Shown piece by piece: positions 9,381-16,943 of a stretch of DNA of 64,000 nucleotides. Source of the DNA: a virus (lineage: Duplodnaviria > Caudoviricetes). The translations under genes were made by a program, and so were the position numbers. The stretch's first letter is position 1. Every line of letters begins with the position of its first letter. The notes beneath the pieces are model-generated. The model searched no databases. It was not told where the DNA came from and saw only the letters and a program-made list of their open reading frames with translations. The DNA lies in the IMG/VR virus record IMGVR_UViG_3300032303_002590. The stretch is one strand, 5' to 3'.

Positions 9381-9638
9381 ATGAAAAATGTATTTGTTAT
9401 GTCCTTTGTTGATGATTTAGAAACTGTTAATAAGTTTGATGAATTTGGTTTTGTTTGTGGAATTGATGATTCGGTAAATGGTATTTGGTGTTGTGAAAGA
9501 GATTTAAGTTATTTAAGTGAAGAAGAAGTAATTAATTTTATTGAAAAAACATCTAAGGAATTGGACTATTTTGTTAATGTAAATGGTGAAAATTTTGATA
9601 AAGAAGATATTGAATTAATTAAAAATAAATTAAATTAA
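9381..9638 (+). CDS. acidic hypothetical protein
   Basis: Own promoter. Confidence 0.8.
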   Translation: MKNVFVMSFVDDLETVNKFDEFGFVCGIDDSVNGIWCCERDLSYLSEEEVINFIEKTSKELDYFVNVNGENFDKEDIELIKNKLN

Positions 9639-9642
9639 GGTT

Positions 9643-9834
9643 ATGAAGAAATTGAATAGTTTTGAAAGTTATTTAGTGATTGAAGGATTAAATAATTTAA
9701 AGGAGGAATATAAAAAAGATATAAGAAGAATTATTGAAGAAGGTAAAAATCCTTTAATGACTCAAGGTTATATAGAAATGGTGGTGGAAGAAACAATAAA
9801 TAAAATAAAACAACTGACACTAAAACAAAAATAA
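9643..9834 (+). CDS. hypothetical protein
   Basis: GGTTATG start. Confidence 0.8.
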   Translation: MKKLNSFESYLVIEGLNNLKEEYKKDIRRIIEEGKNPLMTQGYIEMVVEETINKIKQLTLKQK

Positions 9835-9879
9835 AACTCAGTAAATAAATGATGGAAGATAAAGAAATATTATTAAGTG

Positions 9880-10180
9880 ATTTAGTGGGGGAAAACTAAA
9901 TAAGTAATGTAAAAGAAATGTAGAGGTAATGTAGGGGAAGTGATTTCCCTATCTCTATTATAATGTGGAAAAAACATCCTATGAGGGAACGTATTTAGGA
10001 AAGATAATCCTAATATGAGTGAGGAATAGGATTGTATGTGGAAATGAGTAGTGGTGTGATGTGGTGGTTGGGAGGAAGGTACCGGTACTTTACCTATCCC
10101 AGGAAAACAATTCCTCCCCCCTAAAAAAGTATATACAAACCCTACCTCCAATTTCCAATTCCCTCAATAAAAGCAACGGT
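9880..10180. other. non-coding region with a G-rich to C-rich switch centred on palindrome GTACCGGTAC
   Basis: Perfect 10-bp palindrome at 10079-10088 inside imperfect inverted repeat 10069-10101. Confidence 0.7.
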
Positions 10181-10278
10181 TTATAAAAAATATGTTGTAA
10201 AATGGTTGGAGTTTTAAAATATCTTTCGTATATTTAATATGTAAGAAAGTTAAATAATTAAAAGAAAAATAAAAGGTT

Positions 10279-10650
10279 ATGACAAAAGAACAATTTTTAA
10301 ACGGAACTGAATTTTATATTGGTAGAAAAAGTTACAAAGGAGCGGAAACATATTCCTACAATGCAAAAGACAATTATATGTCTAAACAAATCAGATCTTC
10401 TATTGATGAAAGAGTGGTATTAGAAGACTATGTTTGTAACGTAACAAAGATTGGTCGTGTAGGTTTTGTATGTATTACATTTGTAATGAAAAAGAAAGTA
10501 GTAGTTAAATATAAGTTTGAAGATTTGGTTGAATTTGAAGATCAAGGACCACAATATGATGGTGCGGGATTTAGTATTGAAGATAGAGAAGATGATGATG
10601 AAGAACAATCACACCACTGCGATGATCCATCTTGTAACTGTTCAATTTAG
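10279..10650 (+). CDS. hypothetical protein with acidic His/Cys tail
   Basis: Own promoter; ends EDDDEEQSHHCDDPSCNCSI. Confidence 0.8.
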   Translation: MTKEQFLNGTEFYIGRKSYKGAETYSYNAKDNYMSKQIRSSIDERVVLEDYVCNVTKIGRVGFVCITFVMKKKVVVKYKFEDLVEFEDQGPQYDGAGFSIEDREDDDEEQSHHCDDPSCNCSI

Positions 10651-10695
10651 TAAAATTTGAAGGGGAGAATAGCTAACTCCCCAAGTATTAATCCA

Positions 10696-10766
10696 GACTA
10701 ATAGGCGTAATTGGAAAAACGCTCCGCAATGACGGAAGAGAGTGGGTTCGATTCCCACATTAGTCA
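10696..10766 (+). tRNA. tRNA-like RNA or pseudo-tRNA with shortened anticodon arm
   Basis: Acceptor GACTAAT/ATTAGTC; D arm GCGT-AATTGGAAAA-ACGC; T arm GTGGG-TTCGATT-CCCAC; anticodon arm only TCCG-CAATGA-CGGA; no encoded CCA. Confidence 0.7.
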
Positions 10767-10817
10767 CTATAGTGCTTCTCATAACCACTATTATTTTTTA
10801 ATTATTACAAGCCAGCC

Positions 10818-10838
10818 GCCCCACTATGTGGGGCTTTT
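10818..10838 (+). terminator. intrinsic terminator after the tRNA-like element
   Basis: GCCCCAC-tat-GTGGGGC-TTTT. Confidence 0.7.
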
Positions 10839-11035
10839 GGTGATTAATGGAGGATCCTCCCCATATAGCGCGCCTCATGGTGAAGGATGCTCTACGTTAT
10901 AGACGAAAGAGAAAGGATCCATGAGCAATGCTCAATGAATATCCCAACTTATTGAGCATCTGTTAGTTTGCGTGGTAAATTTGGATACGCTAAAATAATT
11001 TCGTATATTTACATGTAATTAAAAAATGATATATT

Positions 11036-11218
11036 ATGAAAAAGTTTACAGTAGAAATTGGTCTTAGAAAACAAGCTAATAAAGCCTTAATCAATTCAAA
11101 TAAGTTAAAACATGTGTTTTATAATACCGGAACTACCTTTATTGTAAACAGTGAAGATTTAGGTGATTGTATTGATATATTAGATCGAAACATGATAAAA
11201 GTGAATTTGATTAGTTAA
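11036..11218 (+). CDS. hypothetical protein
   Basis: Own promoter (TTGG-N19-TATATT). Confidence 0.75.
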   Translation: MKKFTVEIGLRKQANKALINSNKLKHVFYNTGTTFIVNSEDLGDCIDILDRNMIKVNLIS

Positions 11219-11275
11219 AACAATTTCGTATATTTAACATGTAATAAGAAATTAATTAATAAATAAATAAAGGTT

Positions 11276-11641
11276 ATGAAAAATCAAGAAACAAAATTAG
11301 GTAGACCAGTTAACGTAAATTCAGTAAGACAAATTAGATTGGCCGAATTGGCTGCCAAACGTGAGGCAGGTGAAATTAAACGTGGAAGACCCGTGAATGT
11401 TGAAAGTAAATTCAACCAACGTAAATTGGAATTAGAGGCTAAACGTTTAAATGGAGAATTAAAACGTGGTAGACCAGTAGTGGAAGGATCTAAACGTCAA
11501 TTAAGATTATCAGTTAAGGGATTAGTTAAATTAGGACGTAAGCCAAACCCTCTAAGTAAATCCTACCAACGTAAGTTGGAGTTGCAAACAAAACGTTTGA
11601 ATGGGACCATAAAATTAGGTCGTCCTGCTAAAGCGGAATAA
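11276..11641 (+). CDS. basic repeat protein with AT-hook-like K(L/R)GRP motifs; putative DNA-binding
   Basis: Four K(L/R)GRP motifs plus one KLGRK in repeats of about 28 aa. Confidence 0.8.
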   Translation: MKNQETKLGRPVNVNSVRQIRLAELAAKREAGEIKRGRPVNVESKFNQRKLELEAKRLNGELKRGRPVVEGSKRQLRLSVKGLVKLGRKPNPLSKSYQRKLELQTKRLNGTIKLGRPAKAE

Positions 11642-11653
11642 ATCTCCCATAAT

Positions 11654-11692
11654 GTAGTTTCGGGCCTGCCCTCACAGGCCCACTACTTTATA
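11654..11692 (+). terminator. intrinsic terminator
   Basis: GGGCCTG-ccctca-CAGGCCC with outer GTAG/CTAC pairing and T-rich tail. Confidence 0.65.
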
Positions 11693-11750
11693 TTTGGATA
11701 CGCCAGATCAATTTCGTATATTTAACATGTAATAAGATAAAAATTAGGTT

Positions 11751-11897
11751 ATGACAGACAAAACAACACAACGTGTAGCAAATATTGCTAAAATTGGATT
11801 AGTTATTTTATGGTTAGCATTTATGTGCTCCCTAACATCATGTGCATCACATTGCAGACAACAACACCGTTACTGGAATAACCATAGATGTGTATAA
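11751..11897 (+). CDS. small lipoprotein-like peptide (48 aa, not in track)
   Basis: Own promoter; hydrophobic stretch then LTSC lipobox; Cys-rich tail. Confidence 0.7.
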   Translation: MTDKTTQRVANIAKIGLVILWLAFMCSLTSCASHCRQQHRYWNNHRCV

Positions 11898-12121
11898 TGA
11901 TAATTTCATCTAAAAAATATGCCGCATGGCATAAGAAGGTTACCAATAAGCCCGTTACGCCTACCCTACAAATAGGAGTGGTATACTGGGGCGATACAGG
12001 TAATGGCAACATGGTCTGTGGTATGCTAGTTGGATACGAAAACGATATGGCTATAATAACCGATGCACGTGGTAAAGAGCATATCGTTATACAATCCACG
12101 TTACGCCCAGCGTATAATTAA
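11897..12121 (+). CDS. hypothetical protein (start probably 11897)
   Basis: TAATG coupling to the upstream peptide. Confidence 0.65.
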   Translation: MIISSKKYAAWHKKVTNKPVTPTLQIGVVYWGDTGNGNMVCGMLVGYENDMAIITDARGKEHIVIQSTLRPAYN

Positions 12122-12178
12122 AATTTACTCGCGGGGATAACTCCTCCCATATAGTTATGGTTAAAAATACCATATACT

Positions 12179-12412
12179 ATGAATACATTTAAATCACTTA
12201 CCAAATTATCCGCCCAACTGGCGGATCTTATGGAGCAACTGGATGATGCGTTGAATGATATCGATAATAGCGAGTTATATAGCGAAATTGATAATAACGT
12301 TAAATCTCCCATAGAAAACGCGCTTACGCACCTGGATATCGCTTTGGATGATATTTCCGATGGCTTGTACGAGGATGCTCCCGAGTCTGAGGATTTCGAA
12401 GAGTGGGACTAA
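12179..12412 (+). CDS. highly acidic helical protein
   Basis: D/E-dense with very few basic residues. Confidence 0.75.
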   Translation: MNTFKSLTKLSAQLADLMEQLDDALNDIDNSELYSEIDNNVKSPIENALTHLDIALDDISDGLYEDAPESEDFEEWD

Positions 12413-12431
12413 AAAGGATTTTCTTGGATGA

Positions 12432-12551
12432 TTTCGATCCGCATACGGCCGCTGGCGATCTATAATGGATCGCCCACGCGGCGTTGCTGTCCATACGCGC
12501 GCCGGTGGCGGGTCAGGATCTGAATGCGCCATCTACAGATCGAAAACGATC
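12432..12551. other. GC-rich structured non-coding element with six GATC sites
   Basis: About two-thirds GC; nested stems 12432-39/12538-45 and 12440-44/12524-28; hairpin 12448-12482. Confidence 0.7.
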
Positions 12552-12728
12552 TTTCACCCAACCCCCCATATATACTAATATACCCACAATTCGGAATTTA
12601 ATTTCCGAAATACCCTTTTCAGACTCACTTCACAAGATCTTAAAATCTCCTTTTTAAAAATTTTTTACCAAACGCTTGGATATACAAATCTTTGTTCGTA
12701 TATTAATGGATAATAAAAAAACAGTTAT

Positions 12729-12917
12729 ATGAAAAAGTTTTTAGAAATTTATTTAGGGTTCTGTATAGTCTTACCATTAGCATTTTGTATAGTATTATAT
12801 ACAATAGGATGTTTCTTAACATGGAGTATTATTGAACCAAACATTGAATGGGGAGTTATTAGAGTGTATATGGTAATAGCTCTTATAGTATCAATATTTT
12901 TAGCAGCAGATGAATAA
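12729..12917 (+). CDS. small membrane protein
   Basis: Two TM helices; own promoter. Confidence 0.8.
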   Translation: MKKFLEIYLGFCIVLPLAFCIVLYTIGCFLTWSIIEPNIEWGVIRVYMVIALIVSIFLAADE

Positions 12918-13125
12918 TATGAAAAAGTTATTCTTAAACTTATCTTGGAGGTTCTTAAATTGGATAGGATATGTTATTGTCTTTAGAGATTACTATGATC
13001 CGGAAACATTTACATTGGTAAAAAAGAATACCCATATGGTTATTCATAAATGTACAAGCAAGACAGATGAGAATGGATGGAGAAACGTAAAACAAATATT
13101 TAAAATACAAATCAGAAAGATATGA
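12910..13125 (+). CDS. hypothetical protein
   Basis: Overlap-coupled. Confidence 0.7.
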   Translation: MNNMKKLFLNLSWRFLNWIGYVIVFRDYYDPETFTLVKKNTHMVIHKCTSKTDENGWRNVKQIFKIQIRKI

Positions 13126-13325
13126 CATCAAAAGAAAAAGCAAAAGAGTTATTTGATAAAATGTGGTTAAATTTACCTACACAATATGGATATTTATATT
13201 GTAAACAATGCGCATTAATAGCAGTTGATGAAATAATCAAAGAACTATTAGAGTGTGGTGAAGTTTGGATGAAATCAAAAATTAAATATTGGCAAGAAGT
13301 TAAACAAGAAATAGAGCTATTATGA
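13122..13325 (+). CDS. conserved small phage protein
   Basis: KEKAKEL...KQCALIAVDEI...YWQEVKQEI pattern recalled from flavobacterial phages. Confidence 0.8.
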   Translation: MTSKEKAKELFDKMWLNLPTQYGYLYCKQCALIAVDEIIKELLECGEVWMKSKIKYWQEVKQEIELL

Positions 13326-13555
13326 CAATAAAACAATTAATTGAAGAACTAAGTAAAATCGAAGATCAAGATTTAAGAGTAATGACTTCGGGATATGAAG
13401 GTGGATTTAATGATGTAGAAAACATAAATCTAACACCTATATATATGGCTTTAGACGTGAATACGGAATGGTATTACGGAAAACACGAGCCCGTAGATAA
13501 TCTGTACGAGGCTACCAATAGCAATTACCAAATAGTAAAGGCAATTATTTTATAA
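13322..13555 (+). CDS. hypothetical protein
   Basis: MTIKQLIEEL...GYEGG; ATGA-coupled. Confidence 0.8.
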   Translation: MTIKQLIEELSKIEDQDLRVMTSGYEGGFNDVENINLTPIYMALDVNTEWYYGKHEPVDNLYEATNSNYQIVKAIIL

Positions 13556-13570
13556 ACCATTTTTCTCCCC

Positions 13571-14197
13571 ATGAACACACTCAATATTACTCAGGCTCAA
13601 ACCATGGAACAAAATGGTGAACTTATAATTTACCATACAGGTACTGTAAAATCCATTTTAAACGAATTATCCAACTACTCTATATGGAAATCTAATTTCC
13701 AAGAATTAAAAACCCAGTATAAAAAAATCCCACGTGGTAAATTACTGGATTTTCTTTCCTTCGATTATATTATCGAATGTGAGGAACAATCCAATTGTGA
13801 GGAAGAGAAAATTATATGGACATATATGTATGGGAAGAAAACCGAGTCAGCATCCCGTTTTTACCATTCCCACAATAAGGGGCAATACGTGTATATTTTA
13901 ACTAATGAGGCATATCCTGAGATATGTAAAATAGGAAAAGCCGTTATGCCTATTTCTCGAATTAAACAAATTAATGGTGCAGGAACTGTTTCTGAATGGA
14001 AATTACGTTGGGCTTTACCTGTTTCTGATGGGTATGTTGTGGAAAGTGTAGTACATAAATCCTTAGAGAATTTAAGGAGAGGCTCAATTCAAGGTTCCTC
14101 TAGAGAATTTTTTGAAATTTCTTTAGAAGAAGCTATTGTGGAGGTTGAAAAATTAGGTGAATATTTTAAAACTAGTGAAGGAATTTGGTATGAGTGA
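13571..14197 (+). CDS. T5orf172 (GIY-YIG-like) domain protein
   Basis: YVYILTN...KIGK...RIKQI...ES.VHK.L...REFF. Confidence 0.85.
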   Translation: MNTLNITQAQTMEQNGELIIYHTGTVKSILNELSNYSIWKSNFQELKTQYKKIPRGKLLDFLSFDYIIECEEQSNCEEEKIIWTYMYGKKTESASRFYHSHNKGQYVYILTNEAYPEICKIGKAVMPISRIKQINGAGTVSEWKLRWALPVSDGYVVESVVHKSLENLRRGSIQGSSREFFEISLEEAIVEVEKLGEYFKTSEGIWYE

Positions 14198-14393
14198 GTT
14201 AATTTGGTGGTATATATGGATTTTAGTTGAATCGTATTTGGAGGCAGGCTTACTTATAGCTTTAATCTTTATTATGATTAACTATATTTTCCCATCAGAT
14301 CAAATTTTTACTTTAAAAGATTATTTTATTATTATTTTTTTACATCCTATTGTGATATATCATTTTATAAAAGCATTATATGGAGACGATTAA
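14190..14393 (+). CDS. small membrane protein (start probably MSELIW)
   Basis: Hydrophobic helices; overlap-coupled. Confidence 0.65.
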   Translation: MSELIWWYIWILVESYLEAGLLIALIFIMINYIFPSDQIFTLKDYFIIIFLHPIVIYHFIKALYGDD

Positions 14394-14649
14394 TTTAAAT
14401 AAACAAATAATTCCTTATTTAGAACCTGTTATTTCTCAAACTTTAGATATAATTGAGGAAACTCTTAGTGAGGAAGGTTTTGATGAAGGGGAAGTAAATG
14501 AATTACTTTATCAATTAGATGAAGAATTTGGTGAGTATATTACTATGTTATCACCACAAATTCGTGGAAGACTTATGGAAATACACGATAAATTATTAAA
14601 TAATGATATAGTATATGATTTGAAAAAATCAATCGATATTAATATATAA
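14380..14649 (+). CDS. acidic hypothetical protein
   Basis: E/D-rich ORF. Confidence 0.75.
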   Translation: METINLNKQIIPYLEPVISQTLDIIEETLSEEGFDEGEVNELLYQLDEEFGEYITMLSPQIRGRLMEIHDKLLNNDIVYDLKKSIDINI

Positions 14650-14691
14650 AAATATAAATTATAAATCTTCATTAAATCTTCAGTTAGAAAA

Positions 14692-14722
14692 CTTGGATAT
14701 TAAAGATATTTGTCGTATAATT
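14692..14722 (+). promoter_or_regulatory. host-sigma-type promoter
   Basis: TTGG-N19-TATAAT, same spacing as the early copies. Confidence 0.65.
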
Positions 14723-14761
14723 GAGGGACGGGAAGGAGAAAAAAATAGATAATATAGAAAG

Positions 14762-15061
14762 ATGAGAAAATGGGACATGGTAATATTCACGTTGGAGGGG
14801 TGTGAGTATTGTAAAACGTTAGGAGAGGGGTTACAAACATTAAATATTCCTTTTAATACTATAGACGTTTCATATAATAGTAAAGCAGGGGATATAATTG
14901 AGAATACCTATAAATGTTATTCTTATCCCATAGTAATATTAAAACAACCTACACAGATAACTTGGCTACCTGAAACAGAATTATTACCTTCACCTTCAAT
15001 TAGAACATATTTTTCAATTTATGGATTAATAGATGAAATTTTTAACACATTTAATAAATAA
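14762..15061 (+). CDS. glutaredoxin/thioredoxin-fold protein
   Basis: FT..GCEYC active site; downstream SYP cis-Pro motif. Confidence 0.85.
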   Translation: MRKWDMVIFTLEGCEYCKTLGEGLQTLNIPFNTIDVSYNSKAGDIIENTYKCYSYPIVILKQPTQITWLPETELLPSPSIRTYFSIYGLIDEIFNTFNK

Positions 15062-15066
15062 AAGTT

Positions 15067-15822
15067 ATGCAATTAACAGCCGAACAAATTAAAGAAAACT
15101 GGATTGATTTAGAAGAAACTATTAAAGTCTTTATTGAAGAACCTCGTCGTTCTCAATTATTAGATTTTTACCAAAAATATCAGGAACGTATTATTATGAT
15201 GCCAGCAGCACATAAGAAAGAATACCATAATGCATTTCCAGGAGGATATGTTGATCACGTTTTACGTGTAATTGACTGTTCTCTTAAATTACATAATATA
15301 TGGGAGGAAATGGGAGCTGATATTTCTACATATACCAAGGAAGAACTAGTATTTTCTGCACTTAATCATGATTTAGGTAAAATGGGAGACGATCAATATG
15401 AAGCATATATTCCTCAGACTGATCAATGGAGAAGAGATAAATTAGGAGAAGATTACATGTTTAATACTAAATTAGCATTTGCATCAGTCCCAGATCGTTC
15501 ATTATTTTTACTCATGTCACATGGTATCCAATATACATTTAATGAAATGATAGCTATTCAGACACATGATGGTTTATATGATGAAGGAAATAAAAAATAT
15601 CTTATGACTTATATGCCCGAACAAAAACCACGTACTGCTTTACCATTAATATTACACCAGGCTGATATGATGGCTGCTCGTATTGAATTTGAGAAAGAAT
15701 GGTTACCTAAATTTAAACAAGATAAAAAAGTAGAAGTTAAGGTACCTAATAAATTCTCAGTTAAGGCACCTAAATTATCTAACCCAGACGCTCCATTTGC
15801 TAACTTATTAAATAATATATAA
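15067..15822 (+). CDS. HD-domain phosphohydrolase (YhaM-like)
   Basis: YHNAFPGGYVDH...HDLGK...HDG...LHQAD. Confidence 0.9.
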   Translation: MQLTAEQIKENWIDLEETIKVFIEEPRRSQLLDFYQKYQERIIMMPAAHKKEYHNAFPGGYVDHVLRVIDCSLKLHNIWEEMGADISTYTKEELVFSALNHDLGKMGDDQYEAYIPQTDQWRRDKLGEDYMFNTKLAFASVPDRSLFLLMSHGIQYTFNEMIAIQTHDGLYDEGNKKYLMTYMPEQKPRTALPLILHQADMMAARIEFEKEWLPKFKQDKKVEVKVPNKFSVKAPKLSNPDAPFANLLNNI

Positions 15823-15823
15823 T

Positions 15824-16102
15824 ATGATACTAATTTTAATTAATATTGCAGTAATTATTTTACTTGTAATAGGATACGTTATTTGGAATTTACTTAAAAA
15901 AGTAGAGAAATTAGAAAATCAAATTACAGTACAAGAAACTTATATTCTTGAATTTTATGATTTAGTTAAAACCTCAGAAGTAAAAATAAAAGAAATTGAT
16001 AATAAACAATTATTTCAATCAGATGATGAAGTAGGTTTTTTCTTTACTAATTTGAAAACAATCCAAGAAGCACTTTCGGATTACGTAAAATTTATAAAAT
16101 AA
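15824..16102 (+). CDS. membrane-anchored coiled-coil protein
   Basis: N-terminal TM helix followed by heptad pattern. Confidence 0.8.
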   Translation: MILILINIAVIILLVIGYVIWNLLKKVEKLENQITVQETYILEFYDLVKTSEVKIKEIDNKQLFQSDDEVGFFFTNLKTIQEALSDYVKFIK

Positions 16103-16103
16103 C

Positions 16104-16904
16104 ATGGAAGTATTAAATTCCGAAATAAAAGTTCTTCATGTACCCCAAGAAGAAACAGAAGTACAATATACAAAAAAGGGAACAGTTCGTAAAAGAAAAC
16201 CCAAAACCAAAAAAATGTACTTCACTCAAGATACAGAAGATGCTATTATTGAGTATTTAGCTGAAACTGATCCTATAAAAAGAAATAGAATTTATAATGA
16301 ACGTATTGATTATGGTTTTTTTAAATTAACAGAAAATATAATTCATACCTTTAAGTTTTATTATACTGAAGTAGAAACAATTGCCGAACTTCAACACGAA
16401 GTAACTTCATTTTTACTTGAAAAACTCCATTTATATAATCAAGCTAAAGGAAAAGCTTATTCTTATTTTGGTACTATTGCTAAAAGATATTTAATTCTTT
16501 ATAATAATAAAAATTATGAAAAATTAAAAGGTAAAGCTGAAGTAGAAGCTATAGATGAAGATAAAACAATTGTTTTAAATATAGTTAATAACTCAGAAAG
16601 TGTAGATGACCCATTAATGGGTGAAAATTATTTTATGGATAAGTTTATAGCGTATGTAGATTTATATTTGTTTAAAATTTTTACAGAACCAGAAGATTCT
16701 AAAACAGCAGATGCTATTATGCAATTATTTAAACATAGAGAAAGTTTAGATATTTTTAATAAGAAAGCTATTTACATCTATATTAGAGAACAAACCGAAC
16801 AAGATACTCCTCAAATAACTAAAGTAATGAAAAAATTAGAGAGAGTTTATAAACGTTTACATAATCAATATTTAGATTATGGGTATGTTAGCTTAAATTA
16901 CTAA
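16104..16904 (+). CDS. late-transcription sigma factor, T4 gp55-like
   Basis: YFTQDTEDAIIEY...KLTENII...GKAYSYFGTIAKRYLI resembles gp55 region 2; lies just before the late genes. Confidence 0.7.
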   Translation: MEVLNSEIKVLHVPQEETEVQYTKKGTVRKRKPKTKKMYFTQDTEDAIIEYLAETDPIKRNRIYNERIDYGFFKLTENIIHTFKFYYTEVETIAELQHEVTSFLLEKLHLYNQAKGKAYSYFGTIAKRYLILYNNKNYEKLKGKAEVEAIDEDKTIVLNIVNNSESVDDPLMGENYFMDKFIAYVDLYLFKIFTEPEDSKTADAIMQLFKHRESLDIFNKKAIYIYIREQTEQDTPQITKVMKKLERVYKRLHNQYLDYGYVSLNY

Positions 16905-16943
16905 AAAATTTTTAAGATTTATATTTATAAATAAAACAAAAAT

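Larger units (their letters stand above)
1178..12710 (+). repeat. dispersed early-promoter repeat TTCGTATATT(T)A, about 24 copies here (plus one at about 340)
   Basis: Copies at about 1197, 2214, 3081, 3286, 3650, 4456, 4956, 5340, 5664, 6163, 6434, 6774, 7154, 7614, 7886, 8222, 8659, 8952, 9331, 10225, 11000, 11225, 11713 and 12695; each is followed by an A-rich leader and usually (G)TTATG. Confidence 0.95.

Noticed and set aside
9882-10151. Minus-strand 89-aa ORF
   Set aside because: Its P/H/T-rich translation simply reflects the skewed non-coding tract, and its codon usage is atypical.
10711-10902. 63-aa ORF with TTG start
   Set aside because: It overlaps the tRNA-like element and a terminator and lacks the usual leader.
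10851-10920. Hammerhead ribozyme
   Set aside because: CGAAA is present but there is no CUGANGA core.
12505-12530. SRP RNA (GGTCAGG)
   Set aside because: The partner GGAA loop and AGCAG of SRP domain IV are missing.
12275-12532. Minus-strand 85-aa ORF over the GC island
   Set aside because: It is probably open by chance because of high GC, and it overlaps a + strand gene.
338-12710. CRISPR array or integron attC sites as an explanation of the repeats
   Set aside because: The repeats are short, degenerate, irregularly spaced by whole genes and match a promoter. No cas or integrase gene and no attC structure is present.
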